This document shows positions 1 to 10,393 of a DNA stretch of 64,000 nt, one piece after another; the first letter of the stretch is position 1; every line of letters starts with the position of its first letter. Under the pieces are notes generated by a model, which searched no databases, was not told the origin of the DNA, and saw nothing but the letters and a program-made list of their open reading frames with translations. The DNA comes from a virus, in IMG/VR virus record IMGVR_UViG_3300030099_007635, positions 41,431-105,430 of that record; one strand, written 5' to 3'. Made by a program: the position numbers and the translations under genes.

Positions 1-174
1 ATCTATGCCTTTTTCTTTTACCTTTTTAAAGCATAGCTTCCTGAGGAATTGATAGTTATCTTCCAGGTCACTGCAAGAAACTTCGTCGTAATATTTTTTT
101 TCTATTTTAATTTCTGGTAGCTTAACTCCCACGGGAAAGGGTGTATTGTAGCCTGTAAAGGTTGTAGAACTCAT
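1..174 (-). CDS. N-terminus of probable DNA polymerase III alpha (DnaE) catalytic subunit, runs off window
   Basis: Not in ORF track. ATG at 174 overlaps the upstream stop; open to base 1: MSSTTFTGYNTPFPVGVKLPEIKIEKK...NYQFLRKLCFKKVKEKGID, resembling the post-PHP LP...L..LC segment of DnaE; follows PHP and exonuclease genes. Confidence 0.55.
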   Translation of the reverse strand, partial: MSSTTFTGYNTPFPVGVKLPEIKIEKKYYDEVSCSDLEDNYQFLRKLCFKKVKEKGID

Positions 175-803
175 ATCTCTAAATCAAAAAGTTGTTTACG
201 AAAGATCTTGAAATTCATTTCGATATCATACAGGGCATCATGGAGTCTTTTGGGGTCATGATCAATGTTATATTTCTTAAGAAGAGTGGCTTGAGATGTT
301 TTTAAGCCTCTTTCTCTGTAGTTTAAGAGTCTATATTGCCAACCTATGAAATCGTCCTTATCAACAGGGATTTGCTTGGCTATGGCAGTAGCTAAAGACT
401 TTGTATCTATTATGCGGGGGACAAAAGAGTAATCAGTATTTCTTCCCATTAACTTACGCCAGATATTTACCATGTAAACATCAAAACCCAAAAGATTTTG
501 GCCCACAATTAAATTGTTTTCGTCATATAAATCCTCTGAAAACTTTTCCCAGACTATATTTGGAGGCATAGATTTTTTATTGTATTCTTTCATGGAGAAG
601 CCTGTCACTTTAGCCGCTCCCTCTGAAACATTCAGATTTGGCCAATGCACGAACATATCATTTCTCGCAATGATTTCATCGCCCTCCACAACCAACCAAG
701 CAACTTGCCAAGGTCTAGAGGTGACTAAATTCAAACCTTCGGTTTCAGTATCGAAAACAATATATCTTTGTTTCTTGTTAAATCTAAGCAGTGACTCGTT
801 CAT
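171..803 (-). CDS. DEDDh 3'-5' exonuclease (DNA pol III epsilon-like)
   Basis: ExoI VFDTETEG, ExoII GQNLLGFD, ExoIII HDALYD. Confidence 0.85.
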   Translation of the reverse strand: MNESLLRFNKKQRYIVFDTETEGLNLVTSRPWQVAWLVVEGDEIIARNDMFVHWPNLNVSEGAAKVTGFSMKEYNKKSMPPNIVWEKFSEDLYDENNLIVGQNLLGFDVYMVNIWRKLMGRNTDYSFVPRIIDTKSLATAIAKQIPVDKDDFIGWQYRLLNYRERGLKTSQATLLKKYNIDHDPKRLHDALYDIEMNFKIFRKQLFDLEI

Positions 804-1530
804 TTTCTAAATAAGATTCAATACAAAATTCATTACTCCCAAAGTGATCTAAGTTTGGACAGCTTAACGAAGCCGCTCTACCAAAATTTCTATTGCACAA
901 AATCTTGTATGTTTGCAAAGCTTCTACGTCTGACTTGTTTTTATATAAAATTGTTTTTACTTTTTTAACTGGTTGCATCATTCCTCTCGCAAACTTCTCA
1001 ACTTTTTCCCTCAGTAGATCATCAAAAGGTAGACCGTTTTGCTCTACCCAAAAAGTTGGTAGCATTTTATAAAAGTCAGGAACACACTTTCTTAAATAAA
1101 AATTATTATTAAATATAAAGGAATCGTAAAAAGGAATTACTAATTCTAAGTCGTCACTCCACATTGAATTTAAGAAACTGAAATCTACCTTTCCGCTATC
1201 TGTGTGGGCATAGGAGTATATTCTGTAGAGCAAGCGGCAACCGTCATCGTTGTTTGCAAAGATAACAATCTTATGATCTGAATTGTCATCCTCAAGGGTA
1301 TTATTGCAACATGTAATTCTTAAGCCAAAAACAAGATCAATGCCTTTTTCTTTGCAACGATTATGAGCCGTAACAAAGCCCGTCATTGAGTCTTCTACAA
1401 GAACTAGTGACTTAATTTTATTTTCCTCACAAATAGTAAAAATACTATCAGGACCGCCCTCTTTATCGTCGTCATCGAGAGTTAAGATGCTTTTACCTAT
1501 AGAATATGTAGACTTAAATACTGGAGTCAT
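784..1530 (-). CDS. Stand-alone PHP domain of DNA pol III alpha
   Basis: FKSTYSIGKSIL...LVEDSMTGF...FGLRI...IFANNDDGCRLLYRIYS matches the DnaE N-terminal PHP layout; likely start MTPVFKS at 1530. Confidence 0.75.
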   Translation of the reverse strand: MTPVFKSTYSIGKSILTLDDDDKEGGPDSIFTICEENKIKSLVLVEDSMTGFVTAHNRCKEKGIDLVFGLRITCCNNTLEDDNSDHKIVIFANNDDGCRLLYRIYSYAHTDSGKVDFSFLNSMWSDDLELVIPFYDSFIFNNNFYLRKCVPDFYKMLPTFWVEQNGLPFDDLLREKVEKFARGMMQPVKKVKTILYKNKSDVEALQTYKILCNRNFGRAASLSCPNLDHFGSNEFCIESYLENERVTA

Positions 1531-1537
1531 CAGTAAT

Positions 1538-1565
1538 ACTTTAACACCATCCAATGAGGTGTCAA
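1538..1565 (-). promoter_or_regulatory. sigma70-type promoter, near-leaderless, for polymerase genes
   Basis: TTGACA-N16-TAAAGT with TG extension, 7 nt before ATG at 1530. Confidence 0.5.
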
Positions 1566-2590
1566 GAAGAATGTGCTGGACATCCTTGATAATACTTCAT
1601 TTCGTAACCTCCCCCCTCAGGAACTAATTCCTCGGTAAACTCGTCCTCAAAGTATGAACCTATTTTCTCCTTGTTATTGTTCCATACCTCGTAAAAGAAA
1701 AAATCAAACTTCATCGGACAGTGCCACTTGGGAGATCCATCAAGTTTTAACTCTCCCTTTTCTTTAGCAAACCCACACAGTAACTTACCACTGAAGGAAT
1801 TATCCTTCGGAAAACCTTGGTGAGCAGCAAAGTTTTTCTTTGCGTCTTTTTCTGAAAAGTTATCTAGATATTTTTGAATCTCAGAAAGCTGTAACTCAAA
1901 ACCTTTGAGTTCATCTTCTTCCAAAGGTTTCATTTGAACTATACCCGACTTAGGTGCGTTAAGGTCTAAGTCGAATTTAAGGAAGAGGAACTCACTCACT
2001 CTTTCTGAATATTCGGGGAAGAGATTTTTCACAGCTAAACTATACATTAAATCTTGTAGATTATCTGTAGCATCTTTTCCCTTAAATACGTCCTTGCTGG
2101 TCTTAAAGTCCCTTATCAATGCAAACTTTTGTTTCTTGTATAGGAATAGTTTGTCAATAAAACCTCTGATTTTATATTTTATATCTCCATCTACCTTGAT
2201 AATATCAAAATCTTTTTCTGAAAATTCTTCTGTAGGCTTATCTAAGTCTTTACCAAAAAAATCATACGAGAGACCATTAAAAATCATCTCCTTCATTAAG
2301 TCTACATTTTCGCTATCGTCTATTCCCTCACGAATAGCGTGTTTTAGGATTAATCTCTTAATAGATTCTACTGCGAAGACATCCTCATTTTTAATAATTT
2401 TATTATAGTATTTTTTTCTTTTGGGAACTCCCAAGACCTCAAAAACCAAATGACAAATGGAACCTCTTCTTGCTCCATCGTTGCTTTTGTCAGGTAAATG
2501 AAGCTTATACTTACACCAATAAAGCCAAGAACAAGACTGGGCAGTCTTAATTCGGCTAGCTGAAAGGGGTGTTTGAGGATCAGGCATCAC
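1562..2590 (-). CDS. PD-(D/E)XK nuclease (RecB/Cas4-like exonuclease)
   Basis: LSASRIKT...C, GSICHLVFE, RGFIDKL, IRDFKTS motifs; C-terminal cysteines. Confidence 0.75.
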   Translation of the reverse strand: MMPDPQTPLSASRIKTAQSCSWLYWCKYKLHLPDKSNDGARRGSICHLVFEVLGVPKRKKYYNKIIKNEDVFAVESIKRLILKHAIREGIDDSENVDLMKEMIFNGLSYDFFGKDLDKPTEEFSEKDFDIIKVDGDIKYKIRGFIDKLFLYKKQKFALIRDFKTSKDVFKGKDATDNLQDLMYSLAVKNLFPEYSERVSEFLFLKFDLDLNAPKSGIVQMKPLEEDELKGFELQLSEIQKYLDNFSEKDAKKNFAAHQGFPKDNSFSGKLLCGFAKEKGELKLDGSPKWHCPMKFDFFFYEVWNNNKEKIGSYFEDEFTEELVPEGGGYEMKYYQGCPAHSS

Positions 2591-3647
2591 TAAGTATTAA
2601 GGCCGTCTGTATTTCTTTCTTAGTGAAGCAGGATGGGTTGTTTTTAACAAAATCTAGAATGTAAGCGAATTGTGCGGCCCTGTCGATGTCTCTAGTAAGC
2701 CAGTTATTTAGGTTATACCCATCCAAATGAGCATCACCAAAATCATTATAGGGTTTTGGTGGAAATTTTACAGTCAAACTGTCTAGATCAAAATATTTCG
2801 AAAGTTTAATAAAGCTTTTTATTCCTGCAATAAATCCTCTATTTTCCCCACTACCCTTATCGTTATTTGTTGAAATATATATATGCCGAATAGAGTGAGC
2901 ACTAAGATAATTAATAATGTTGTTGTTAACAGATAAGCCAAAAATGACCAAAACATTTTTGATACCTTGTTCATAAAGAGCCAGCGCATCACCTATACTT
3001 TCTACTAAAATAACTTCTTTTTTTAATTTTATTTCTTCATCTACCTCAGTCTTTTTATTTAAAGCGGGGTAAACCCAATTGTTTCTTTTTCCTATATGCT
3101 TCCATTTAGGATAATTGTTATCCTCATCCACCTTTCTTCCCGAAAAGCCAATGAGTTGGGTGTGTTCATTATAAATAGGAAATACCATTCTTCTATACAT
3201 TTTGCCTACACCCGCTAAGCCTACCTGAAACTTTTGTTGTGTTAGCTCTGATATGTCCTTTTTCTTATAAAAGTTATAATTAGGAAAGAGTTTTTCCAAA
3301 GATTCTTCTGGATAAATTTTTTCCATTTCTATTTTTTCTGTTGGGGAATAAGTTATTACGTTTTCTGTAGAAGACTTCCCTAAAATTTCTGTAACCTTAG
3401 AGGAGTCTTTAACAGTTAGTTGGACAAGGGCTTCAAACGGTTTAGATCCTTTGTTTTCCACAAAATCCATCCAAACACCTGTATTTTTGTATATTTTTAC
3501 AGCGGTTTTATTGTCTCCGTCTCGATATAAAGCCTGTGTTCTCCAGTGGTCTCCACAATCAATTAGCTGATAGCCTATTGACTCTAGAATCCCCTGAAAG
3601 TCTTCAGAATTGATCGAAGTCTGGGATTGTCTCTTGGGTTCCTTCAC
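2580..3647 (-). CDS. dnaG: DNA primase (DnaG-like, TOPRIM)
   Basis: RMVFPI, GFSGR, PKWKH, TOPRIM VESIGDAL, NDFGD; adjacent to helicase. Confidence 0.85.
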   Translation of the reverse strand: MKEPKRQSQTSINSEDFQGILESIGYQLIDCGDHWRTQALYRDGDNKTAVKIYKNTGVWMDFVENKGSKPFEALVQLTVKDSSKVTEILGKSSTENVITYSPTEKIEMEKIYPEESLEKLFPNYNFYKKKDISELTQQKFQVGLAGVGKMYRRMVFPIYNEHTQLIGFSGRKVDEDNNYPKWKHIGKRNNWVYPALNKKTEVDEEIKLKKEVILVESIGDALALYEQGIKNVLVIFGLSVNNNIINYLSAHSIRHIYISTNNDKGSGENRGFIAGIKSFIKLSKYFDLDSLTVKFPPKPYNDFGDAHLDGYNLNNWLTRDIDRAAQFAYILDFVKNNPSCFTKKEIQTALILSDA

Positions 3648-5121
3648 TATCTAAATCCTCCTCTCCATCAAGCATCCTTGCAATATCTCTTAAATCTCCC
3701 CTTTCTGTAATATTAAAATTATTAAAATCTAAATTAATAGCATTCTTGCGGAGAGCATCTCCAATTCTTACTGGTTCAACCGCTCCAGCTATATCACTAC
3801 CTAAGTGTCTCGATTTAACATTAATTAGTTTATGTGTTCCAAATCTTCCACCCTCAGTCTCAATCTCATCGTTAGTTTTGTTCCTTAAAATAAACATGTG
3901 GGAGCAGAACTGAGTAATACGGTCAGACAGTGAAACAATAGACTCATCGTCTACTATGTTCTGAGAGGTTCTATTATTGGTAATTCCATACCTATTAGAC
4001 TGGACAGAAGTAATCATTGGGATAATAGGATTTCCATCATGTAGAATTTCTTTTTGAACACACTTTTTAAATTTATCTACCATTTCTCCTACCACTTGCC
4101 ATTCTGATTTGTTTGAAATGTTTTCCGAGGTGGTCTTGATATAATCAAAAGAAAAGACCATGGGATTCCCACGCCCAACTTTGGCATAATAAAATCTCTT
4201 GAGAGTGTTAACCATGGAATCTACATCCAAGCCACCAACGTTATAATAATAGAATTTTAAGTTTTTAACCTTAGGCCAAACAGAGCGCACTTTCTCTACT
4301 ACGTTTTCTCCCGCCTGTCTCCATTTACCGCTCTCTAATAGGTGCATGGAAACTCCAGAAAGAGCAGCACATTGACGCATAATAAGCTCCTCCTTGCTCA
4401 TTTCACCGTTATCGAAGTGTAATACAGGAACATCATACTGAAGACTGACCTTTGTAGTGTAGTCCATGCAGAAATTTGTTTTTCCGACTCCAGAGCGAGC
4501 CACAATAACGGTAATATTACCAGCGCGAAGAAGAGACCCATAAATTTCATTAACCTTGGGGTGCGGCCCCATCATTCCAAATTCTGTAACAGGATTATTG
4601 CCACGATCTTCAATGATATCCTCCATCTCCTCGTAAATATTCTCAGGAGAATCATTGCCCATCTCATAAAGATTAATACGAGAATTGTAGGTATTGTCGG
4701 CGGCTTCTATAATTGAGCGATAAGATGCCTCAGGAGGCATATTCTTCATCTTCTTGGCAATATCCTGAGAGGACTCTAAAATTTCACGCCTTATTGAATA
4801 TTTTTTTAATTCTTTAGCTGTCTTGATGGCATTTCCCTTTGGGACTTTTCTCAATGCTAGAGATTTGATATAATCAGCGGGGTTTAAATTATCCTCAAAA
4901 GACAACCCAACATCATTAACTCTTTGAGCTATGATAACCTCATCTACTTCGTCTCCAGAATCTATAGCCTGTTGAACTATGCGGAAAATAGTCGAATGAA
5001 GAGAGCTTTGCTTTGAATAAAAGTCTGAAGTTCCGATGAAGTTGGAGATTTCTGAGAGACTATCGGGTTCCTTTATGAGACCCGCTAAAAGTTGTTTTTC
5101 TAATTCAAAATTATAAATCAT
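3604..5121 (-). CDS. dnaB: Replicative DnaB-like helicase
   Basis: N-terminal ELEKQLLAGL, Walker A ARSGVGKT, GEMS, FDYIK, VQSNR, KSRH. Confidence 0.9.
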   Translation of the reverse strand: MIYNFELEKQLLAGLIKEPDSLSEISNFIGTSDFYSKQSSLHSTIFRIVQQAIDSGDEVDEVIIAQRVNDVGLSFEDNLNPADYIKSLALRKVPKGNAIKTAKELKKYSIRREILESSQDIAKKMKNMPPEASYRSIIEAADNTYNSRINLYEMGNDSPENIYEEMEDIIEDRGNNPVTEFGMMGPHPKVNEIYGSLLRAGNITVIVARSGVGKTNFCMDYTTKVSLQYDVPVLHFDNGEMSKEELIMRQCAALSGVSMHLLESGKWRQAGENVVEKVRSVWPKVKNLKFYYYNVGGLDVDSMVNTLKRFYYAKVGRGNPMVFSFDYIKTTSENISNKSEWQVVGEMVDKFKKCVQKEILHDGNPIIPMITSVQSNRYGITNNRTSQNIVDDESIVSLSDRITQFCSHMFILRNKTNDEIETEGGRFGTHKLINVKSRHLGSDIAGAVEPVRIGDALRKNAINLDFNNFNITERGDLRDIARMLDGEEDLDSEGTQETIPDFDQF

Positions 5122-5357
5122 TTATCTTCCTCCATTGGCTCATTTGCACCCGAGAGATGATTCTCTAGAGCCTTAGTTAAAGCAAACTCAGTCATACCAC
5201 AATCAAATTTACAATATATTAAGGGCTTACCATTTTCAGAAGATGCGGCTAAGATTACCCCTTTGTATTTATCCGCACCTCCTGATAATTCATAAAGTTT
5301 ATCAACCATCTCTGTGGGTATTGAAAATTCTGAGTTGCCATCGTCTCCTAAATTCAT
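5118..5357 (-). CDS. Hypothetical protein
   Basis: 79-aa ORF with ATGA overlaps on both sides. Confidence 0.65.
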   Translation of the reverse strand: MNLGDDGNSEFSIPTEMVDKLYELSGGADKYKGVILAASSENGKPLIYCKFDCGMTEFALTKALENHLSGANEPMEEDK

Positions 5358-5761
5358 AGATAAATATCCTGTTTCTTAAATAATGATGCCGCAATTTCAT
5401 CTTGCGGATAAACCTCTGCTAACTTTATATCGTTAGCCTTGCAGAAGTCAAGTTTCTTCTCGTCTCTTTTTAGCTGGTCGGAATATTTGAAACGATTTTT
5501 GTGAAAAAACTTAACATATTTTGTGTGTTGTGCTCCTTGAACCTCCACAGCGATTTTTTTATTAGCATTGTAAAAATCTAAAGTTAATCGGCTCCCAACA
5601 ACTCTGAACTCCTCAAAAACAATATCATTCTTCCAATAAGGATACAAAAATTTTTTAACAGAAGTTTGAAACTTGCTGCGGCTGGGTTTTTCCCAGTCTA
5701 TTAAATATTTTTTTGCGTTTTTAAGGTTTCTCTCTTTGCCATATCCATCAATAAACTTCAT
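5354..5761 (-). CDS. Small restriction-endonuclease-like (Vsr/DUF559-type) nuclease
   Basis: LDFY...IAVEVQGAQH...RDEKK..FC. Confidence 0.7.
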   Translation of the reverse strand: MKFIDGYGKERNLKNAKKYLIDWEKPSRSKFQTSVKKFLYPYWKNDIVFEEFRVVGSRLTLDFYNANKKIAVEVQGAQHTKYVKFFHKNRFKYSDQLKRDEKKLDFCKANDIKLAEVYPQDEIAASLFKKQDIYL

Positions 5762-6870
5762 GCGCCTATTTGTTCCTTAAAATAATCTATTAAAAATTTA
5801 CATAGATCTTTATTTTCTTCAACTGTCTTGAAGAGATTGTTGTCTCCTTGTATTTTTTCAGGAAACTCCAGATTATTGGAGTCGAGAAGCTCCTTAAAGT
5901 CTTCAGTAGGCTTAATCCAAGCCCCCTTCTTTTCTACGAACTCCCAAGCATAAAGGAGATCAATAACCTCCTTCTCGATCCAGATAGATGTGCCTCCCGT
6001 GCGCCCATAACGAATTGGGTAGGATACTGTAGTGTTCGTATTTTCATGAGCAGACTTTTTGATTGTAACTTTTGCATGATGTCCAATAATTGGATTTTTC
6101 TTGGCATCCATGGTTTTAACGGCGGGATTTTTAAGAATCAAATCTCCTTTAAAGCGAGGTTCAAACTCCATAATGTTATTCGCAAAGTGGAGTAACGCAT
6201 TTCCTCCTGTCGCTGTAGTTTGACGCACGGGTGCTTTAGAGTATGGATCTAGCTTAATGTCTGCTCTTACCTGACTGATGAATATCGCCATGTGTCCACG
6301 CTTTCCTAGTGCAGTGCTTGTCTTTTTGCAAAAGTCAGATGCAATCACTGCTCCCCCAGCAACCTTACTGCTTTCTTCAAAATTCTTTCCAAAATCGTCT
6401 TTTTTGATTAGGCCATCTACTGAATCCAATATAAAACAATATTTAATCTTATCATCATTGTTAGTAATGAGTTGGCGAATAAGTCCCATTGCTGTTTCAT
6501 AAATATTGCTTTCAAAAACAAAACAGGTTCCATCAACCCATTCTTCTGGCGTGAAAACGAATTTTACCCCAGATCTTTCTTGAACCTCAGGTCCAAGCCT
6601 ACCCTCTGCTTTAATATATAGACCTCTGGATTTATCAAGGTTTCCCAGAAAGTTCTTCATTACCTGTAATGACTCTGAGGTTTTTCCTCCCTCATTAACG
6701 CCAGTAAAACGGTGAAGCCCAGGTCCAAAACCACCTGCCAAATACAAATCTAGCTGTAACGATCCACTAGAAACCTTATATTCCACTGTCTCTTCAAAAT
6801 TATAATGATCATCCTTATTTGCCTTTAGGTAATTACCAAGAATGTTTTCGGGGTTTACATTTTCACTCAT
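5758..6870 (-). CDS. recA: RecA/UvsX-like recombinase
   Basis: SSGSLQLD, Walker A GVNEGGKT, Walker B ILDSV, IFISQVR, TGGNALLHF. Confidence 0.9.
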   Translation of the reverse strand: MSENVNPENILGNYLKANKDDHYNFEETVEYKVSSGSLQLDLYLAGGFGPGLHRFTGVNEGGKTSESLQVMKNFLGNLDKSRGLYIKAEGRLGPEVQERSGVKFVFTPEEWVDGTCFVFESNIYETAMGLIRQLITNNDDKIKYCFILDSVDGLIKKDDFGKNFEESSKVAGGAVIASDFCKKTSTALGKRGHMAIFISQVRADIKLDPYSKAPVRQTTATGGNALLHFANNIMEFEPRFKGDLILKNPAVKTMDAKKNPIIGHHAKVTIKKSAHENTNTTVSYPIRYGRTGGTSIWIEKEVIDLLYAWEFVEKKGAWIKPTEDFKELLDSNNLEFPEKIQGDNNLFKTVEENKDLCKFLIDYFKEQIGA

Positions 6871-7210
6871 CTAAAAAATCTTTTACTGTTTTTATTTTTG
6901 GGACGACAGTTTTGTCTTCGCCCACCTTTTCTCCGAAATGATAAGTCTCATATTTGGATAAATCAACCCTAAAGTTGAAAGCTCTGAATTTTTCATCTAG
7001 GGTAGACTTTAGCTTATCGCTTACAAGATAAGCCAGTGAGTCAAACTTCTTTGCAAAGCTGACAATATCCATAAATTCTAGGGAATAGCGCTCACATAAA
7101 TCATTGAGCATTTTCATTTCCCTAGCAAAAAAAGGTCTTCTTCCTTTATCGGGAACTTCCAATAAACGAAAAATAATCTCTCTTTTGTTTGGACCTTTAG
7201 ACTTTGCCAC
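6863..7210 (-). CDS. Hypothetical protein
   Basis: 115-aa coupled ORF. Confidence 0.65.
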   Translation of the reverse strand: MAKSKGPNKREIIFRLLEVPDKGRRPFFAREMKMLNDLCERYSLEFMDIVSFAKKFDSLAYLVSDKLKSTLDEKFRAFNFRVDLSKYETYHFGEKVGEDKTVVPKIKTVKDFLDE

Positions 7211-8265
7211 TATGGATACATAACAGGTCCAGCATCCCTGTCAACCATTTTTTTCACAAGCTGTATAAAGTTGCAGGTAGGTTTCCATCCTAATTCTTCG
7301 CGAGCTTTTGAAGAATCTCCAAGTAATAAATCTACTTCCGCTGGCCTATAAAAATCTTTATTAATTTCTACAAGACAATCGTTGCCGTGAAAATATTTCT
7401 CATTAATTCCTTTACCCCTCCACTCAGATACCGATCTATGAAAACCAACAAAATTAAATGCTTCTATTACAAACTCTCTTATTGTGTGTGTTTCATTGGA
7501 AGATAAAACATAATCTTTCTCTTTTCCTCTTTCTTGATTAAGCATTAACCAAACGCCTTTAATAAAGTCTTCTGCATCGCTCCAATCTCTTCGTGCATCT
7601 ATATTTCCCAATTGTAGAGGTTTGATGACTCTGCCTGTTTCAAACTCTTTAAGAATTCTTGCTACATTTTTTGTTATTTTTCTTGTTACAAACTCCTCTC
7701 CTCTTCGCACTCCCTCATGGTTAAATAACCATCCCTGAACGGCATAGATATCATAAGAATCTCTGTATACCTTGACTAAATGCCTAGCGGCGCACTTAGA
7801 TGCTCCATACGGACTTCTGGGGCGCAATGGGTGCTCTTCTGACTGTGGAGATGTAACAACATCCCCAAATTCTTCAGAGCTTCCTGCGTTGTAATATCGA
7901 CAATGTGGAGCATGACGACGAATAGCCTCTAGTTGATGCAAAACAGCCATACAGTTAGTTTGCATATGATTGAAGGGCATGTCCCAACTGCTACCAACAA
8001 AGGAATTTGCTGCAAAATTGATAAAGTAATCGGGCTTGTGTTCCGATATGACTCTTTCTGTGTTTTGTGGGTCTGAAACATCTAAATCAATAAGAAAAAA
8101 TCTATCGTTACTTTCTAAGTGTTTTATATTTTTATGATTCTCAACACTTAACCTTCTTACTCCTCCAATGATTGTGTGTTCCGTATTTTTAAGAAGGTAA
8201 TCAGCCATCAAGCTACCATCTTGACCTGTAACTCCTGTAACAATTATTGTTTTAATTTCAGACAT
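7210..8265 (-). CDS. gmd: GDP-mannose 4,6-dehydratase
   Basis: TGVTGQDGS, SFVGSSW, SSEEFG, PRSPYGASK, FNHEG.RRGEEFVTRKIT, RPAEVDLLLGD. Confidence 0.95.
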   Translation of the reverse strand: MSEIKTIIVTGVTGQDGSLMADYLLKNTEHTIIGGVRRLSVENHKNIKHLESNDRFFLIDLDVSDPQNTERVISEHKPDYFINFAANSFVGSSWDMPFNHMQTNCMAVLHQLEAIRRHAPHCRYYNAGSSEEFGDVVTSPQSEEHPLRPRSPYGASKCAARHLVKVYRDSYDIYAVQGWLFNHEGVRRGEEFVTRKITKNVARILKEFETGRVIKPLQLGNIDARRDWSDAEDFIKGVWLMLNQERGKEKDYVLSSNETHTIREFVIEAFNFVGFHRSVSEWRGKGINEKYFHGNDCLVEINKDFYRPAEVDLLLGDSSKAREELGWKPTCNFIQLVKKMVDRDAGPVMYP

Positions 8266-9169
8266 TTTCTAAATACCAGTTATAAGTTTTTCTTAATCCT
8301 TCACACAATGTAGTTGTAGCTTTGAATCCTAAAAGCTCTTCTGCTTTGCTTGTGTCTAGACAGCGCCGTGGTTGACCGTTAGGTTTATCACTGTCATATA
8401 CAATTTCCCCATCAAACCCAACTATCATTGCTATTTTTTTAACTAGGTCTTTGATTGTGATTTCAGAACCAGTTCCAATATTGATGGGTTCAGGATCGTC
8501 ATGTTTATCCAAGGCTAGCTCGATAGCCTCTGCACAGTCTCCCGCATACAAAAACTCTCGCGAAGCGCTTCCATCACCCCAAACTTCTACAGAATCCAGA
8601 TTGTTTACTTTTGCTTCGTGTAGTTTTCTAATCAAAGCAGGTATGACATGGGAACTGTCGAGGTCAAAATTGTCATTTTCTCCATACATATTAACAGGAA
8701 TGAGATGAATGAAGTTATCACCATACTGGTCATTGTAAGCCTTACAGCCAACTAATAAACTTTTTTTAGCAATACCATAAGGAGCGTTAGTTTCCTCTGG
8801 GTATCCATCCCAAATATTTTCCTCCTTAAAGGGAACGGGTGTGAATTTTGGGTAGGAGCAAACACTACCTAACGTAATTAATTTTTTGACTTTCACATGG
8901 TTAGCCATGGCTAAAATATTTATGCTCATCATAGAGTTCTTAGCAAAGAAATCTGCTGGAGATTTTTGATTAGCTCCTATTCCCCCACAAACAGCAGCTA
9001 AGTGAATAATTGCCTCTGGTTTATGATTTGATAAATAATTATAAAGGTGAACTATGTCTTGCACGTTTAGCTCAGAGCTATTGGGTGTTAGTAGCTCATG
9101 CTTGTCCTTTAATCTTTCAACTAAATGATGACCCAAAAAGCCATGTGATCCTGTAATTAATATTTTCAT
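8258..9169 (-). CDS. fcl: GDP-L-fucose synthase
   Basis: GSHGFLG, LAAVCGGIGAN, GSVCSYPK, YGIAK, SHVIPALI, VWGDGSASREFLY. Confidence 0.93.
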   Translation of the reverse strand: MKILITGSHGFLGHHLVERLKDKHELLTPNSSELNVQDIVHLYNYLSNHKPEAIIHLAAVCGGIGANQKSPADFFAKNSMMSINILAMANHVKVKKLITLGSVCSYPKFTPVPFKEENIWDGYPEETNAPYGIAKKSLLVGCKAYNDQYGDNFIHLIPVNMYGENDNFDLDSSHVIPALIRKLHEAKVNNLDSVEVWGDGSASREFLYAGDCAEAIELALDKHDDPEPINIGTGSEITIKDLVKKIAMIVGFDGEIVYDSDKPNGQPRRCLDTSKAEELLGFKATTTLCEGLRKTYNWYLENV

Positions 9170-9993
9170 TTTAAAAAGTCTGCCAAAAGTGAGTCGATGG
9201 CCTGTTTGTAATGTGAATATGGGCGTGGTGCTATAAGTTCTGTGTAGTGTCCATTTTTTAGAGCTTCGGGGTCATAGTTGAACTTGCCACCGCGAAGGTG
9301 TAATCCTCTGTCAATTCTTCTGGGTAGCCACTGTTTTCTGAACATACCCAATTTAACAAAGACACTATCATCTACGTTTTTAGAATAACTATCAATGCAA
9401 TGTGAGGCGTAGCATTCATCTAATCCCCATAGGTTAGGCGGTAAGGTATAATTTCCTCTGTGTGAAAACACTTTTGTTATTTCATCTTCCCATCTATCTT
9501 CTATGTTGAATATTTTTTTAAATGTAGAACCTTTTGCGGAAAGATGGGAGGTAGGGTAAAATGCATGAGGAATATTACTGTGGTATCCTAGAGTGTCAGG
9601 CGTATAGCCTTCGTAAGCATCATCAAATCCAATTACATATTTTTCTTCATCAATATCTTTTAACAAATCAAAATAAAAATCAGAAAGATCTATCTCGTCT
9701 ATTCCTGAAGTAACACAAACATCATTTGGAAATTGGGAAGCTCCCCACTTTAACGCCCAAGTTACAGACCAGTCTGGTTTTGCAGAGACTGTTACCGCAT
9801 CTACTCTGTCAACTCTAATGATGTCTCCATGATCCTTAGAGAGATTGCTATCACTAAGCTCTTCTGCGCTTCCTACATAAATTAGAGTAGGACGCAAATT
9901 GAATCTTTCGTTCCAAATAGGAGAAAAGATATTCCAAAAATCCGCATAAAGAGGATTACTGTTTAATGTTGTTATGATTCTATCTACTTTCAT
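9166..9993 (-). CDS. Putative glycosyltransferase-like protein (paralog of 19794..20588)
   Basis: Shares NSNPLY, TSGIDEI, KGSTFKK, WGLDE with 19794..20588; within glycan cluster. Confidence 0.55.
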   Translation of the reverse strand: MKVDRIITTLNSNPLYADFWNIFSPIWNERFNLRPTLIYVGSAEELSDSNLSKDHGDIIRVDRVDAVTVSAKPDWSVTWALKWGASQFPNDVCVTSGIDEIDLSDFYFDLLKDIDEEKYVIGFDDAYEGYTPDTLGYHSNIPHAFYPTSHLSAKGSTFKKIFNIEDRWEDEITKVFSHRGNYTLPPNLWGLDECYASHCIDSYSKNVDDSVFVKLGMFRKQWLPRRIDRGLHLRGGKFNYDPEALKNGHYTELIAPRPYSHYKQAIDSLLADFLK

Positions 9994-10393
9994 GTTCTTT
10001 AATCCTTATTCTTAATAATGAAGAAGAATAGTTATGACTTCTGTTATTGTATATTATTTGGTGATTTCTTCCATCCAAATCCTTGCCTGTAAATTCCTTG
10101 CCGCGCCAATCTTGGCCCACAAACCTAAAGTCTAGGGGCAGAACAGTTAATAGCTCTAACAAATCTTTTTCTGTCTCGTAGGGGATTATCTCAGATACAA
10201 ACTTGACTGCGTTAAGCTGAATGTATCTCTCCACAATTGATTGAATTGGGATGTTTTTTTCTGGCCTTTCCGTATTCGGGTTTAAGTGAAGACCAACAAT
10301 AAGCTTGTCGCATTTAGTAGCACATTCTTCAAGCATTAAAATATGACCAGTGTGTAAAAGGTCAAAAGCTCCAGCCGTAAAGCCAACTTTCAT
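9980..10393 (-). CDS. Cytidylyltransferase-family nucleotidyltransferase (TagD/HldC-like)
   Basis: GFTAGAFDLLHTGH (HxGH), LIVGL, YSSS; start MKVGF at 10393. Confidence 0.85.
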   Translation of the reverse strand: MKVGFTAGAFDLLHTGHILMLEECATKCDKLIVGLHLNPNTERPEKNIPIQSIVERYIQLNAVKFVSEIIPYETEKDLLELLTVLPLDFRFVGQDWRGKEFTGKDLDGRNHQIIYNNRSHNYSSSLLRIRIKEHESR

